Assembly (NCBI GenBank): GCA_964106915.2 | Contig: OZ066914.1 | Direction: 5' to 3' (one strand) | DNA from: Podarcis gaigeae | Lineage: Eukaryota | DNA length: 64,000 nt | Shown: piece after piece, positions 42,001-54,796 of the stretch | Layout: every line of letters begins with the position of its first letter | How positions within the stretch are numbered: the stretch's first letter is position 1 | Position numbers and translations under genes: made by a program | Notes under the pieces: generated by a model | What the model was told of the DNA's origin: nothing | Databases searched by the model: none | The model's input: the letters and a program-made list of their open reading frames with translations, nothing else

Positions 42001-42032
42001 TACATGCATCATATGTGTGATATAACATTGTG

Positions 42033-42045
42033 CCACCAGATGGCA
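42033..42045 (+). promoter_or_regulatory. CTCF-motif match
   Basis: gCCACCAGATGGCAac fits the CCASYAGRKGGCR core. Sequence match only. Confidence 0.5.
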
Positions 42046-44049
42046 ACGTGGTGTCCCATTTTTATCTACCCATTTTCCCTGTTTAAATTTACAAATCAAA
42101 ATTTACAAATTTAAAATGAAACGCTTCTTTGTTGTGTCTAGATTCAGCCCAGGGACACAATGTCTCTTCTCCAGATTGCCACAAGCTATGGCTGCTTGTT
42201 CTCCCAGTACAACCTGCCCCCATGCTTTTTCTGTGCATATGGATATAGAATATATAGGGGCACACGCAAAACAAAGGACATGCTTATTACGCCTGGTGTG
42301 GAGGCTGTCTGTGTGGGAGCAAACACAGAGGGGAAACATGCTGTGAGGAAAGGCCCTCACTACAAACTGCAAGGCACAGCCTTTTGGAAGTGGAAGCAGG
42401 AGGGTGATGCCGTGTGGTGCTTGAAGACATGAGGGTGAAACCTTCTGCCTTCTCAGCTGTGTAAATTTTTCTTCCCCTCAGTGGGAAAAAAGGTCATTAA
42501 ATGGCTTCTAATCTCTTGCAAAAGCAAAACAACAGGCTGAGCTCCATATGCTGGTCACTTGGCAGTCTTGGAAGAGATAGCGTCAAAGAGGCGCAGATGG
42601 TGAAGAAACATATTACAGTGTGTATGAATGTTATCATGTATTACAGGGAGGGGAGCAGGGGGTGGAGGAGGAAAGGAAATTAGTGAGAGAGAAAGATAGA
42701 GGTTGGGGTTACCAAGCAACCAGAACTAGTAAAGAATAACATGAAAGGACAGCAGGGAGGAAGGCTTCAAAGCAAAGAACTGGCGGAGCAAATTAGATTT
42801 CTGGAAAAAGTGATTAATTTATTTGTCACATTCCATAGAAGGTTAGGAAATCCGTTGAAAATATATCACTGGTACTGAGGACCATGGAAATAAATGGACC
42901 AACAGGACACAAACCAAGATGAAAGTTAAGCAGAGGGCGGGGGCAATTTTGCTGCTCAACAGAACATAGATGGGAACATCCAGAAGTGGTTGAGCTCCAG
43001 CTTCCATCAGCTTTTATTTTAAGAAGCAAGTAATATTCTAAAATAACATATACTGCATACACACAACTACATAACATAGCCACATATCGTAATGCATCAT
43101 AACATCAAATCCCAGGTGCAGGTGAGGGGAAGGATTTCTATATTATACAATTGCATTTCTCTGCCATTTAGGTCATCTTGGGGACTATCCTTTAAAGTAG
43201 CATCTCCCAGCTCTGGACTGCTATTGCAAATTTGAATGAACCTTTTATGAGTCCCATTTCTGGGTCTTTCTGGCTGGGGTTTCCTGATTAAGAAAAGGAT
43301 TTCTTGTCTGTCTGTCTGTCTGTATTTTGAAGCCTTGGCTGTGTATGTTCCCTTTACTAAACTGGTTAGAAATAAACTGTCCAATATTATTATCTGCTTT
43401 TGCAGATCATGGGGTGGGGGTGGGGCATTGTGAGAGATGGGATTTATTTAAGTAATTTCTAGAGTCCCCCTTCAGTATTCCCAGGGCAGTGTATAGTTGC
43501 TAATAAGCTTACAATAAAAAGCATACAAACAAATAAAAGACATAGAACTAGTAGTCATAATACCAATAAAAGCCAGCAAGGCCATACTATAAAATGAAAA
43601 TCAGTCATAAAACATGCTGAAATGCTTGTGCCCTATTTTTAAAGGTCTAATTCCTCTACATTTGAGAAAAAGGAGCTGGGGCTGAGAGAGAATGGCCAAA
43701 GACAGCCTTGCAGTGCAGACCACTATAGCAATCTCCAGATTGCTGTTTCTTGAGGCCACCAGATGGAAAGGCAGAAACACCCTGGCACATCTCCATCATG
43801 TCTAAATGCAGTTCTGTCTGACAGCCTCTACTATGCATAGGCACTAAATTACCCTGCAGTTGTTTGAAACTCATTATCTATTGAAATGACCAGGGAATGA
43901 CTTGCAACAACTCTGTAACACAAGTCCACTGTTAGCATCCGTTGCTGTAGAATAGGGCCCATCAAACTACAACTCCCATCATGTTTATATGCTCAAAGCA
44001 GTTTAACATTTAAATAATAAATAATAATAAATTATCCCTGATTGTTGGC

Positions 44050-44419
44050 TGTTATGTACTGAGTTGAATAGGATCCAAACTGCAGCAGTCTGATTGGTCC
44101 TAGAACAATAGGATCCAAAATGCAGCAGTCTGATTGGTCCTAGAACAATAGGATTCAGAATGCAGCAGTCTGATTGGTCCTAGAACAATGCAGCAGTATG
44201 ATTGGTTGGCAGGAACCACCCAATCATGCTTCAGATAGAAGTGAATCCACAACCTGATTGGCTTACAGTAGAATTTCGGAATTAGCCAATCATGTGCAGC
44301 CCATTGTGTAACTAATGTATATAAAGCAGATACTGTGAGAGGACTTTCATTCATTCCTCCTCACCACTATGAGCTGAATAAAGAGCATGAAATCACTTTG
44401 TGACACTGAGTATATTTCA
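44050..44419 (+). mobile_element. Solo LTR with tandem CCAAT-box array
   Basis: TG...CA ends, flanks TTGGC/TTAGC, three 40-bp tandem units (44067-44186), TATATAAA at 44318-44325, AATAAA at 44377-44382. Confidence 0.88.
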
Positions 44420-45692
44420 TTAGCCATGCTGCCTGGGGCAAGGCTGAAGAGAGTTGTGGTCTAACAGCTTCTGGAGGGCACCACATTCGCTACTTGCAAT
44501 ATTGGGGCAGTGCTGGCTGCACATCAGTGGCTCTTGATAATCCCTCCATATAGTTCAGTGTTATCCCTACAGAGAAATGGGTGGACTGGGGCAGGTAACA
44601 TATGGCCACTCTGTTGCAATATGGTGCTCTTGCCATTCACAACAGAGAATGACAGAGAGCCAAAATAATACAGAGAATAAGTGTTCCATTCAAGTCCCCC
44701 CCAATCTTTGTATAGCTTAATTTAAGGTAAGAATGATAGAAGTTAATAAAGAGGACAACAAAATATAGATATAACCATTTTCTCCACATCCTCCAATCAG
44801 TATCAGCAGAAACTAGAAAGTCACCAAGATCTGTTGCCAGACATAGAGAATCATAGAGGTATAGTAAGTGTTGCTTCCCAGGATCTTTCTAATTAGTCTT
44901 TGGTAGACATTGCTTTTCTCCATGATGCCCAGGTGTTACAGGTGCTTCTGTAGCTTTTGAGGTCTGTAAGTTAAACTTTGCTAGCAATGCACTTTGAAAG
45001 CAAACATGAGCACTGATTAATCCCTACTCACCTCCACCTAAGAGATGCACAGCAGGATATAATTATTGCTATGAAAGATTTTTGGATCAAAGACATGTAA
45101 GTGTCCACCATTATTTAGGCTGGAATCCTTTCCTATTTACCTGAGCATGACCCATTGAATTCAACAGGACTTACTTCTTAGTAGACATGGATAGGACAAT
45201 TTTTGAGAATGACCAGCCCTTTTGTCATTCTTATCTGCCATCATGAACTAGAACGAGACTATCAGCTTTGTTGGTCAATGATTTACAAAATACTTTTGAA
45301 GTTTGGAAGGCAGCATTCCTAAGTATTCTTCCTATGCCAGTAAATACAAACTATGTGCCATGAGGAAACTACAATCTGTCATGACAAATAAAATTTAAAA
45401 ATAATGAAAGGCTCCTGTGAATTCAAAGTATTCACCGACCAATGGGCTTGCCCGCTGTGCCTGTATAATTCACTGATATGGTAATACCTACTTCCAATTA
45501 GCCTCTTCTGGGTTGGGATGCAATTAGGACAGGACTTTGGACAAAAGCCAAGGCCCTGGTCAGCAGAATTAGCAGGACGACCACCAAACTCAGCAGGGCT
45601 GGCCTATAATATTGTTATAAGCTTGTAGGTGCCAGATCTTTTAACCCCTGGACCCAGCAAATGTTAAAATATAAGCCAGGTTGGCTTCCTGA

Positions 45693-45782
45693 CATAGCTG
45701 TCAACTTTTCCCTTTTCTTGCGAGGAATCCTATTCAGAATAAGTGAATTTCCCTTAAAAAAAGGGAAACATGGACAGCTATG
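45693..45782. mobile_element. Minimal hAT-type MITE (90 bp)
   Basis: TIR CATAGCTGTC.../...GACAGCTATG and perfect 8-bp TSD CTTCCTGA. Confidence 0.92.
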
Positions 45783-47429
45783 CTTCCTGATGAAATAATT
45801 CGCTGTGGAGATGGGTATTAAAAGGCGGCAAAGGGCAAAGGCTCTGTGCCAGAATAAAAAATGGGAGGGGGCCTCTCTTCCAGCTTTGTGTCAGGTAGAA
45901 GACAAAAGGAGACTTTATGGAACAGAGTGGAGAGTTTAGAATGTTTTATATCATGTTTGAAGTCTGTTTGAATCCAAGGCTTCAGCTATGGAAGAAGCCA
46001 GAGTGTAATGCTGGGAGCCCCTCCAACACAGGCTCAGGCTGTGTGTGTGTGTGTGCGCGTGCACACGCACACACACATAAGCCATATATCATAAAGACAC
46101 CACAGTCTCTGCTGTGCCTCATTTCCAAAAGGAAACAGGAACCCTGGCTAATCACCTGGACCCTGGGAATCTCTTGCTGCTCAGAGATTGGTATGGCATG
46201 CAACACTGGTGTCAGAAGTAAGAGATGACACAGTGCCATCTAAAAAGCTTCCTCCCACCCCCAAGACTATTAAACCTAGAGTCTGAAATTACCTAACTGT
46301 ACCACTGTCTACCATAGATCAGTAGTCCTATCTCTGCACTGGATGTGATTTGCAAACCCAATAATTCCGATGTAGATTCTGGGCAATCCCCTACCTCTTG
46401 TTGTTCCTCTGCAGGTGCCACACATGCTTACCTCCTTCCATTCTGGAAGCACAGCTGAAAAAACACTGACTCAGCAACATGGGTCTGGACAGTAGAATGA
46501 TAATCATGAATACGAATTAGGAAACCTTAACCTATAAACACTTGATGAAATGCATTCGGGTCTGGGGAAAGTGTGTGTGCAACTTTTGAGAAAAAAATAG
46601 TGGTTACAGGTGTTAAGCAGCAGACAATCCATTCTAAGGCTGCAATCCTATATCCACTTATATTGGAATGTACCCAACTTAACTCAGTGGAACTTATTTT
46701 TGAAAAGACATCTCACTGTAATACCTCTCAAGAATGTACCCTACAAGAACAGAGGTCAGATCACAAGCAACTAAGCCCAGCCAACTAGTTTAGGGTGCAT
46801 GGTTTCAATGGGCTCCATAGCACATTTTTGTAGAGTATTGGGCTTAAGATTAAATATTTTGTAATTAGAGTGGCAGACCTTGGGGCCTCAAATTTCAGCC
46901 CCACATTTCATTCATCATAGTAGTGGCACCCCAGTGGCTCCGTGCCCAGTACAACCAAATCGGTCATGCTCCCCTCAATCCACCTCTGTAATTAAGGTTG
47001 CCAATTTTTGTTGTTCATGAGTTTCTGCTTTTTTTTTTACTTCAACAGTACCATATTTGAAATTTAGCAGACATGAGAAACGCCACCACTCCCTGGTCCT
47101 TATTTCCATCCCCCAAAACCTGGTTTCTGTAGTGTAAATGTGCTGTTGAAAGCATACACGTTGGCCTTTTCTTTTTTGGCGGGTTAGATTTGCAACCAAC
47201 TATGCAATTATATACTTCATATGTGTTGCATTTGAAGCGCTGGTGTGTGTGATTTACTTTTCAGCGCAATCCTAACCACGTCGACTCAAGAGGTAAATCC
47301 TATTGATATCCAATGGGACTTATTCCCGTGTGTGGAGCTAGAATCGCATCCTTAAACTTTTTTAATGTAAATCCTTAAAAAGACACCCTTTACTTTTCAC
47401 TCCTAAATTTATATTTCAACCCCTTTGCT

Positions 47430-48170
47430 TTTTAGCGCTCATCAGGGGTGCGCAATCCTTCTGGAACCCCAAAACACAACCGCCTTAGTCCTCCAGTCGC
47501 TGAAGGAACAACTACGCATACTTCCCACTCGGCTCTCTCGTCGCCGCTCTAGCCATTCGCTTCTCCTCATCTCCGAGGCTCGGCATCCTAGGCAACTTCT
47601 CTCTATGGTGCGGTGAGGTCATAGAATTGCGCCGGGGCGGATGCGACGCGCAGCGCTGAAACCATGGCGGCGGTGGACATACGAGGTAATGGAGACTGGA
47701 TTCTTTTGCTTTACTGTATCTGCTTAGGCACCTTGTTTAAGGACAGGCCACTGACTCCCGGCTCCCTTCCCGCCCCGTGTGCCTCCATTTTGCCATCCAT
47801 GTCCGCCAGGGCGCCTGAGGCAGATGCAGAAAGTAGGGTCGACAGGCGTCTGTCGTCTCCATAGGACTGGAAAGGAGGGGGTGGACGAAACCTTTGTGGG
47901 AGTCGCAGAATAAAAGTAATTCCAGTTATTTATTTATTTTTAAAGACTCAGTGGAATCAAGTGTCGTTGTCGTTTTTTTTAAATAATACTCCCAATAAGT
48001 CCTGCGCCCAAAGACATTGTAACATTGCGCCGTTCTGCGGCTGAGGTTAGAAGCGATATTAGTGGCTTTGGGGCTTTTGAAATTATAAACATTATTCTGT
48101 TGTCGAGAGAGTAGACAAAACAAGGGAAGGGAAGGGAAGGGAAAAGGCGCGGCGCTAATAACATTACAAC
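47430..48170 (+). promoter_or_regulatory. CpG island, TATA-less MED6 promoter
   Basis: CpG-rich segment around exon 1. GC box GGGGCGG at 47634-47640, RFX-like CCTAGGCAAC near 47587-47596, YY1-like CATGGCGGC overlapping the ATG. Confidence 0.75.
47664..47685 (+). CDS. MED6: MED6 (Mediator subunit 6) coding exon 1
   Basis: accATGG Kozak context, MAAVDIR, donor GAG|GTAAT, in a CpG island. Confidence 0.96.
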
Positions 48171-48656
48171 TCGGGATCACCTAATGAAATTGCCAGCAGG
48201 TTCAGGACAAATTCAAAAGAAACAGGTCTTTCATAGCGAATAACGTGTTCACTACTCCACACTGTGGCAATAGTCACCAGGTTCAGATGACTTCGAAAAA
48301 AGACTGAAACTGAATCAGAAAGGATTTCTGGGTTTGTACTCTTCTCAGTTTTATTTCATTACATGAGGACTATATATATCCTTGAGATTCTACCTAGAGT
48401 GGCATGTTGCCTGTAGTGTTATAAACTCAGATATATAAGTTAATTGCCGAATAGCACCTTAAACCTAGGTTATGGTTGCCGCAACAGAGTGTCTAGGTAC
48501 CATTCCCCCCCAATGAGATTTATTGTTAGTATTAATATCCATTTGCGACTAGTGCGGGTCCAATTACGACCATGTGGAGATATCTGGATGCCAAGTTGGC
48601 AACTGACATCTCCATTTGACTGCCTCCCCTTTCTTACGCAGGTAATCAAAAGAGCT

Positions 48657-48867
48657 TATTTATTACATTTATATCCCACCTCCCCCCCGCCAAGGAATAC
48701 ATGGTTTCCCCTGCTCCTCAGTTAATACCTACAACAACCCTGTGAGGTAGGTTAAGAGGCTGTGACTGGCCCAAGGTCACCCAGTGAGCTTCATGACTGA
48801 GTCGGGCTTTGAACCCTGATCTCCCAGATCCTAGTCTAACACTCTAACCACAACACCATACTGGCTT
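48657..48867 (-). mobile_element. Older Squam3/MIR-like SINE
   Basis: Same core as 26551-26692, with reverse box A/B. Confidence 0.75.
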
Positions 48868-49361
48868 CCTAGAGTGCTTCTGCTTTGGGGCAGGTATATA
48901 AATTAAGTAGGCAAATAAATATGGGGAAAGCAAAATTTCACTTAGAGAAGGATCTGAAATACTTTCCTTGAAGCTTGAATTTGTTTTTGCTCTGGATTTT
49001 TAAAAAGTGTTTTAGTGTGTTGTAAACTACTTTGAGATTTTTTTAAAAAATATAAAGCTGTATAGAAATGAAATGAATCATCATCATCATCTCCACGGGG
49101 GGCGGGGGATGGCACCTAGACATACCATTGTGGCAGTCGCAACTCGGGTTTAAGGTACCATTTGGTGATTAGCTTATATATCTGATTTTCTAACACTGGG
49201 TGGGACACCAAAGGGGTGGGATGGCATGTTCCCATTTTGCATCATTTTTTGTTATAAGAATAACCTGAAGTGCAGACAACTTTGAGGCATTAAGCTTAAT
49301 GTTTATTTTTGAAATGATTAAAACTGAATTTCTGACACCTCAAAGAAGAAGAGAATGATTA

Positions 49362-49602
49362 CATTTGTACCTTGGAAGTCAAACAGAATCTGTTCCAGAA
49401 GTCTGTTCAACTTCCAAAATGTCTGAAAACCAAGGTGCGGCTTCTGATTGGCTGCAGGAAGCTCCTGCATCCAGTTGGAAGCCATGGCAGACATTTGGGT
49501 TCCAAATAACATTTGCAAACCAGAAGACTCACTTCTGGATTTGCGGCGTTTGGGAGCCAAAACGTTCAACTTGCAAGGCGTTCAGGATCCAAGGTACGAT
49601 TG
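49362..49602. mobile_element. Tigger/pogo-like MITE
   Basis: Colinear with 949-1182, flanked by TA. Confidence 0.85.
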
Positions 49603-49641
49603 TATTGATTAGGATTTCTTAGTCATTTTGAGTTGGCTATA

Positions 49642-49879
49642 CAGTGGTACCTCTGGATATGAATGGGATCCGTTCCGGAGCCCCGTTCACACCCTGAAGT
49701 AAATGTAAGACGCGACTGCGCGTGTGCGGCTCGCGTTTTTGCCGCCTCCATGCACGAGCGTGACGTCATTTTGAGCGTCTGCACATACGCGAGCGACGAA
49801 ATTCCGTTACTTCCGGGTCGCCACGGAGCGCAACCCGAAAATATTCATCCCAAAGCTACTTCAACCCGAGGTATGACTG
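49642..49879 (+). mobile_element. Tigger/pogo-like MITE
   Basis: TA|CAGTGGTACCTC ... GAGGTATGACTG|TA. Confidence 0.9.
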
Positions 49880-49881
49880 TA

Positions 49882-50127
49882 CAGTCATACCTCATGTTAC
49901 GTTTGCTTCAGGTTGAGCGTTTACAGGTTGCATCCTGCAGCGACCCGGAAGTACTGGAAAGGGTTACTTCCAGGTTTCGGCGCTCGCGCATGCGCAGATA
50001 CGCAAAATGACATCATGCGCAGAAGCGGTGAATCATGACCCGCATGTGTGCAGACGCGGGTTGCATTCTTTTCAGGTTGTGAACGGGCCTCCGAAATGGA
50101 TCCCGTTGGCAACCAGAGGTACCACTG
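49882..50127 (-). mobile_element. Tigger/pogo-like MITE, inverted relative of the preceding copy
   Basis: TA|CAGTCATACCTC ... GAGGTACCACTG|TA. Shares the TA at 49880-49881. Confidence 0.9.
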
Positions 50128-50446
50128 TAGTTACTTTAAGAAGTATTTAGAAATAGCAGTCAAAGCTAGTCTTTTCAAGTCATTCTGTTTGACACTGATT
50201 TTTGCAGGTGTCATGCTAATATGTTGCTGAACCTCTACGCCTGCGAAATCAGCATATGGCAGTGGCTTCGTGCCATGGAGATTTTCCACTGCAGGCAGAT
50301 TCCTACTTTATTAATTAATTTCACAGGAAAGGTTCCATTGTTTCCACTGATATTCCCTAATGTGGGAATGCTTTCCCTCGTCTTGTATTGCACTTGAAGA
50401 TAAAGGAGTGACTTTTTGAAGTGTTCCTGTATTTTAGTTTGTACTA

Positions 50447-50682
50447 CAGTGGTACCTCGGGTTACATACGCTTCAGGTTACATACGCTTCAGGTTACAGA
50501 CTCTGCTAACCCAGAAATAGTGCTTCAGGCTAAGAACTTTGCTTCAGGATGAGAACAGAAATAGTGCTCCAGCGGCGCAGCAGCAGCAGGATTTGCTAAA
50601 GTGGTGCTTCAGGTTAAGAACAGTTTCAGGTTAAGTACATACCTCCAGAACGAATAAAGTACTTAACCCCCAGGTACCACTG
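50447..50682. mobile_element. Tigger/pogo-like MITE
   Basis: TA|CAGTGGTACCTCGGGTTA ... AGGTACCACTG|TA. Same family as 60257-60490. Confidence 0.9.
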
Positions 50683-51020
50683 TATGGGTAGAAGCCCACA
50701 GTGAACAGATAGACTAAAAAAAATATTGAGGATAGGTATTGGCATCTGTGGTTTCATTAATTCCCACATTTTAATCTGCTTTTATGAAAGAAGGTAAATT
50801 GCTGCATTGAGAGAAACCTTTCTCTATAGCAGTAGAATGGAGTAAGGCACATTTACATAATAATAAGACCATCTCTTTGCTTGCCTCTGCTTTATGCAAG
50901 AGTTTGAGCAGCACATTGTTGATGCAGCATATGTATTATTCATAGCCCTATTTATGCTGCATTAATCATGGTTTCCTAAGCATCTAGATACGCTTTCTAT
51001 AAGATTGCTGAAAAAATGTA

Positions 51021-51215
51021 AAGTGGTACTTCGGTTTTTGAACGTCTCCGTTGATGAACATTTCGGTTTACGAACGCTGTACACCTGGAAGTAAATTCTT
51101 CCGTTTTCAAACACACCTCAGAAGTCGAACATGCCACACGGCTTCGGCTGAGTGCAAGATCCTGAGGCCTAGCTGACAACTGTTGAGTCCTGAGCACCCA
51201 CGCAACACGGAGGTG
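51021..51215. mobile_element. Tigger-like MITE, one-ended remnant
   Basis: Degenerate left TIR aagtggtacttcgg after TA. No right TIR seen. Confidence 0.55.
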
Positions 51216-52503
51216 ATATTTGGGCTTATTTGGTGACTGTGCAATCAATCTGTGCTCATCTCATCTCAGGAGCTCTCTTGCAACCAATTTGTTTTTGTGA
51301 CTGTGCAATCAATCTGTGTTCACTCACACTTCCTCTCCAGTCAGACATGCACCTTAGAATAGTTGCAGTGGAAGTCCTGGGTTTACAAGTAGTATTGGTG
51401 GAAACATATTACTGTATGTTCCTGCATCATTTCTGACACTTCTGCATACCTTTTTATCTTGCACTATGGATACTCTGTGGATATGCTGTGTTGGAAACTC
51501 CGATTGTTCTAGGTGCTTTTTGCGAAAAAGAATTTCATTAGAGCAAGCAGTTTCTGGGTGCAGTACTGCACCTAATATTTCAGATTAAAACTGCACAGTG
51601 GAAGGAAAGGAGGACCTTTTTCTGCTTCCCCACTTGTAGGCTACTCTCTGAAGACTGGAGAAGAGACCCTCTTAAGAATATTAGGAGGGCAGGCAGGGGA
51701 AGCATGGTTTTGTTTTTTGCAGCTTTCAGATGAGGACTAGACCATGTGAAAAACGAATATAAGATTTTAGCTTCAGTTCATTCATTTTCAGCTTTGTATT
51801 CCAGTTATAAAATATGTGTCTAGATATTCCATTGTTGGGCCTATAACGTAGGTTTAAGGTGCCATTTAGCGCCTAGCTTTCATATCTCAGTTTCTAACAC
51901 TGATTGGAAGTCACATGGAACTTCTGTGATTCCCACTGTGGTTTAAAATGGTTGTGCTTTGGCTCCAAACTTTCTTCATCCACTTTCTTAAGCATTGAGA
52001 AGTATTGCTACACTTGCCTTGCTGCAAACCCCATATCAAAGCCAGCACAGAGGACATGTTCTGCATATTAATTTAGTGCTTCCTCAAACCTTACTTTCTA
52101 CATTACATTTTAAAAACAACTGTTTCACCTTTAAAACTTGTGTGCTTCGTCCCTTCTTGAGACCTCCAGGTATAGGGTGGTATACAAATTCAACAAACAA
52201 CAGCAACAACAAAAGTTTTGTACAAAGTTGAGAGATTGACTACCCTTTAGAGAAAGTCTGCCAACTTCCTGGTGCTTGAAACCAGTTCCCCATAGAACAG
52301 GTCCTTGGGGATCCTGCCATACTCTGAGCTCCAAGCACCCATTGAAGCAGGTGGATAGTGGTGGACCAGCATTTTATTGACCAGGGCTGCTCAGCTTAAG
52401 GTGGGCAGTAGCTGACCAGTGAGAGACAATCTCTCACACTGATGAAGACTATCACTGTTGTAACTATACTTGTGCTAACCATTCATTTCTCTTTCTCCTC
52501 CAG

Positions 52504-52663
52504 ATAACCTCTTGGGAATTTCCTGGGTTGATAGTGCTTGGATTCCAATATTAAACAGTGGAAGTGTGTTGGATTATTTCTCAGAGCGTAGCAACCCATT
52601 CTATGATCGAACGTGCAACAATGAAATGGTCAAAATGCAAAGACTATCGCTGGATCACCTAAA
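52504..52663 (+). CDS. MED6: MED6 exon 2
   Basis: Branch-like TGCTAAC, pyrimidine tract, CAG| acceptor. (D)[52 protein letters not shown]. Donor AA|GTAAGT. 160 nt. Confidence 0.97.
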
Positions 52664-53242
52664 GTAAGTTACTGCTAGACATTGGTAAAGTAATCCTATA
52701 AAACAGGAATAGGGAATGTTCAGCCTACAGACCTGATTCATCCTAGCAGGTCTCCCTATTTGGTCCTATTTGTTTCAGGGACACCATGGCCAAGTGCTAC
52801 AGCTCTCTTCATATATATGTTAGTTGGCATTGCCTGCAAGCCCTGTTCTCAAGCAGTTTCCAGTTTCCTGACAACCAACTGGCTGATGCGTGATTGGAAA
52901 CTGCTGTGTGAAGCATTTTGCTAGCTCTTTGCTTGGAGTGTGAGAAATGATGGCAAAGCTCCTACTGCAGCTCTTTCCAAGTGCCCGACAGCCACCTGGT
53001 TGTCACGTGCTTTGGAAGCATTATGCAAGGGACTTAAACGCCCACCAGTCACCTGATGTAATTATGACACCACATGATTGACAGAAGGATAGTCCAGCCC
53101 ACCTTTCACAACTGGCCCGCTGGAGTGGGGAAAGAGGAGGGTCTGGGCTGTTGAGACTAAAAGTTTCCTCCTGCGGTTATAAAACAAGGTTTAGAATGGT
53201 AGTTGTCACCTGTGAAAAGTAAACACTACCAGCAATTGAGTA

Positions 53243-53599
53243 CAGTGGTGCCCCGCAAGACGAACGCCTCGCAAGACGAAAAACCCGCTAGACGAAAGGG
53301 TTTTCCGTTTTTGGAGGCGCTTCGCTAAACGAATTTCTCTATGGGGTTGCTTCGCAAGACGAAAAAATCTTGCGAGTTCCCGCGTTCTTTTCTCGCTTTT
53401 TTCTGCCCTTTCCCTAAGCGCTAAGCTGCTTATCAGCTGTTCCGCTGATAAGCCGCTTCTCAGCTGATCGCTAAAAGCCGCTAGACCGCTAATAGCGCTA
53501 ATCCGCTAAGCTGTCAATGGGCTTGCTTCGCAAGACGAAAAAACCGCTAGACGAAGAGAATCATGGAACGGATTAATTTCGTCTTGCGAGGCTCCACTG
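53243..53599. mobile_element. Tigger/pogo-like MITE (CpG-rich, apparently young)
   Basis: TA|CAGTGGTGCCCCGCAAGACGAA ... TTCGTCTTGCGAGGCTCCACTG|TA, with repeated subterminal AGACGAA. Confidence 0.92.
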
Positions 53600-54462
53600 T
53601 ACTAAAGCCAGAGATGGTAGAACTTCCCCCCTCTCTTTGTCCCTATTTTTCCTTGACAGCTGATTCACTTAAACTGCTTGCCCTGCCCTTTTCTATAAGC
53701 AGAAGACAATCACCCAATTTGTCTTATGCTATGGATGAAATATGGGTTCAATGATTCTGGCTTATGTAAGATTAGAGAAATGCCTGTTAACTGGTGGTCT
53801 ACTGAAAGTTTCTTATTCTGTTTTGAAATGGTAGATGTTGAATGACTAATATACTGTGTGTCAAAAGTGATTAAAGCATTTACATTTGTAATCTATTTTG
53901 TTCCATGCATTTGAGACAACCTTCCTGTTGATTATAGAATGCTATGCAACACAGTTGTCTGCATATTTTAACATCAACTAAAGTTGGAGCTATGAAAGAT
54001 TGCTTTAATTAATGTTAAATTAAAATTCATTTCAAGATGAACAACATCATAACTGTTTCAGATAATTTTTTCTATTGCTGTTAAAGGATAGCTTTATTAA
54101 GTATATTCAAAATAAACAATGAACAAATATATTTATTGGGAAAGACATACTAATGAGCCCAAGGAAGCAAGCACTGTTTCTTTTTTTACATTGGAAAAAG
54201 AGCCTAGAGAGTAATTTAAGTGGTCTCATTAGTAAGCAGTTACCTTGAAATCTCCTTTGTCTTTTATTTGCTCTGAAAATGCTGTATAATAAGATAACTC
54301 TTTTATTTTTGAATATTCTGAAATTTCCTAATGAAGTCCTTGTTAGTACAATTTGTGGCTGCGATCCTTTATAGTGTTGCACTTCCAAACCTGCAGAGAT
54401 TCAGAATCCAATAACCACACTAATCAAATCCAAATATGAACACTTGATTTTAAATCATCCTA

Positions 54463-54796
54463 TGGTGCTGTGGGTTAAACCACAGAGCCTAGGGCTTGCA
54501 GATCAGAAGATCGGCGGTTTGAATCCCCGCGACGGGGTGAGCTCCTGTTGCTCGGTCCCTGTTCCTGCCAACCTAGCAGTTCTGAAGCACGAAGTGCAAG
54601 TAGATAAATAGGTACCGCTCCGGCGGGAAGGTAAATGGCGTTTCCGTGCGCTGCTCTGGTTCACCAGAAGCGGCTTAGTCATGGTGGCCACATGACCCGA
54701 AACCTGTACGCTGGCTCCCTCGGCCAGTAAAGCGAGATGAGCGCCGCAACCCCAGTCATCCGCGACCGGACCTAACGGTCAGGGGTTCCTTTACCT
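54463..54796 (+). mobile_element. Sauria SINE
   Basis: Colinear with 14424-14787. Direct repeat CCTATGGTG at both ends. Confidence 0.9.

Noticed and set aside
44067-44186. 40-bp repeat array resembling a CRISPR array
   Set aside because: The units are contiguous with no unique spacers and there are no cas genes. The context is vertebrate, and the array is the U3 region of an LTR.
47605-47663. Upstream ATGs before MED6
   Set aside because: 47605 gives a 3-codon ORF and 47641 has weak context. Both may lie at or upstream of the TSS, so there is no support without transcript data.
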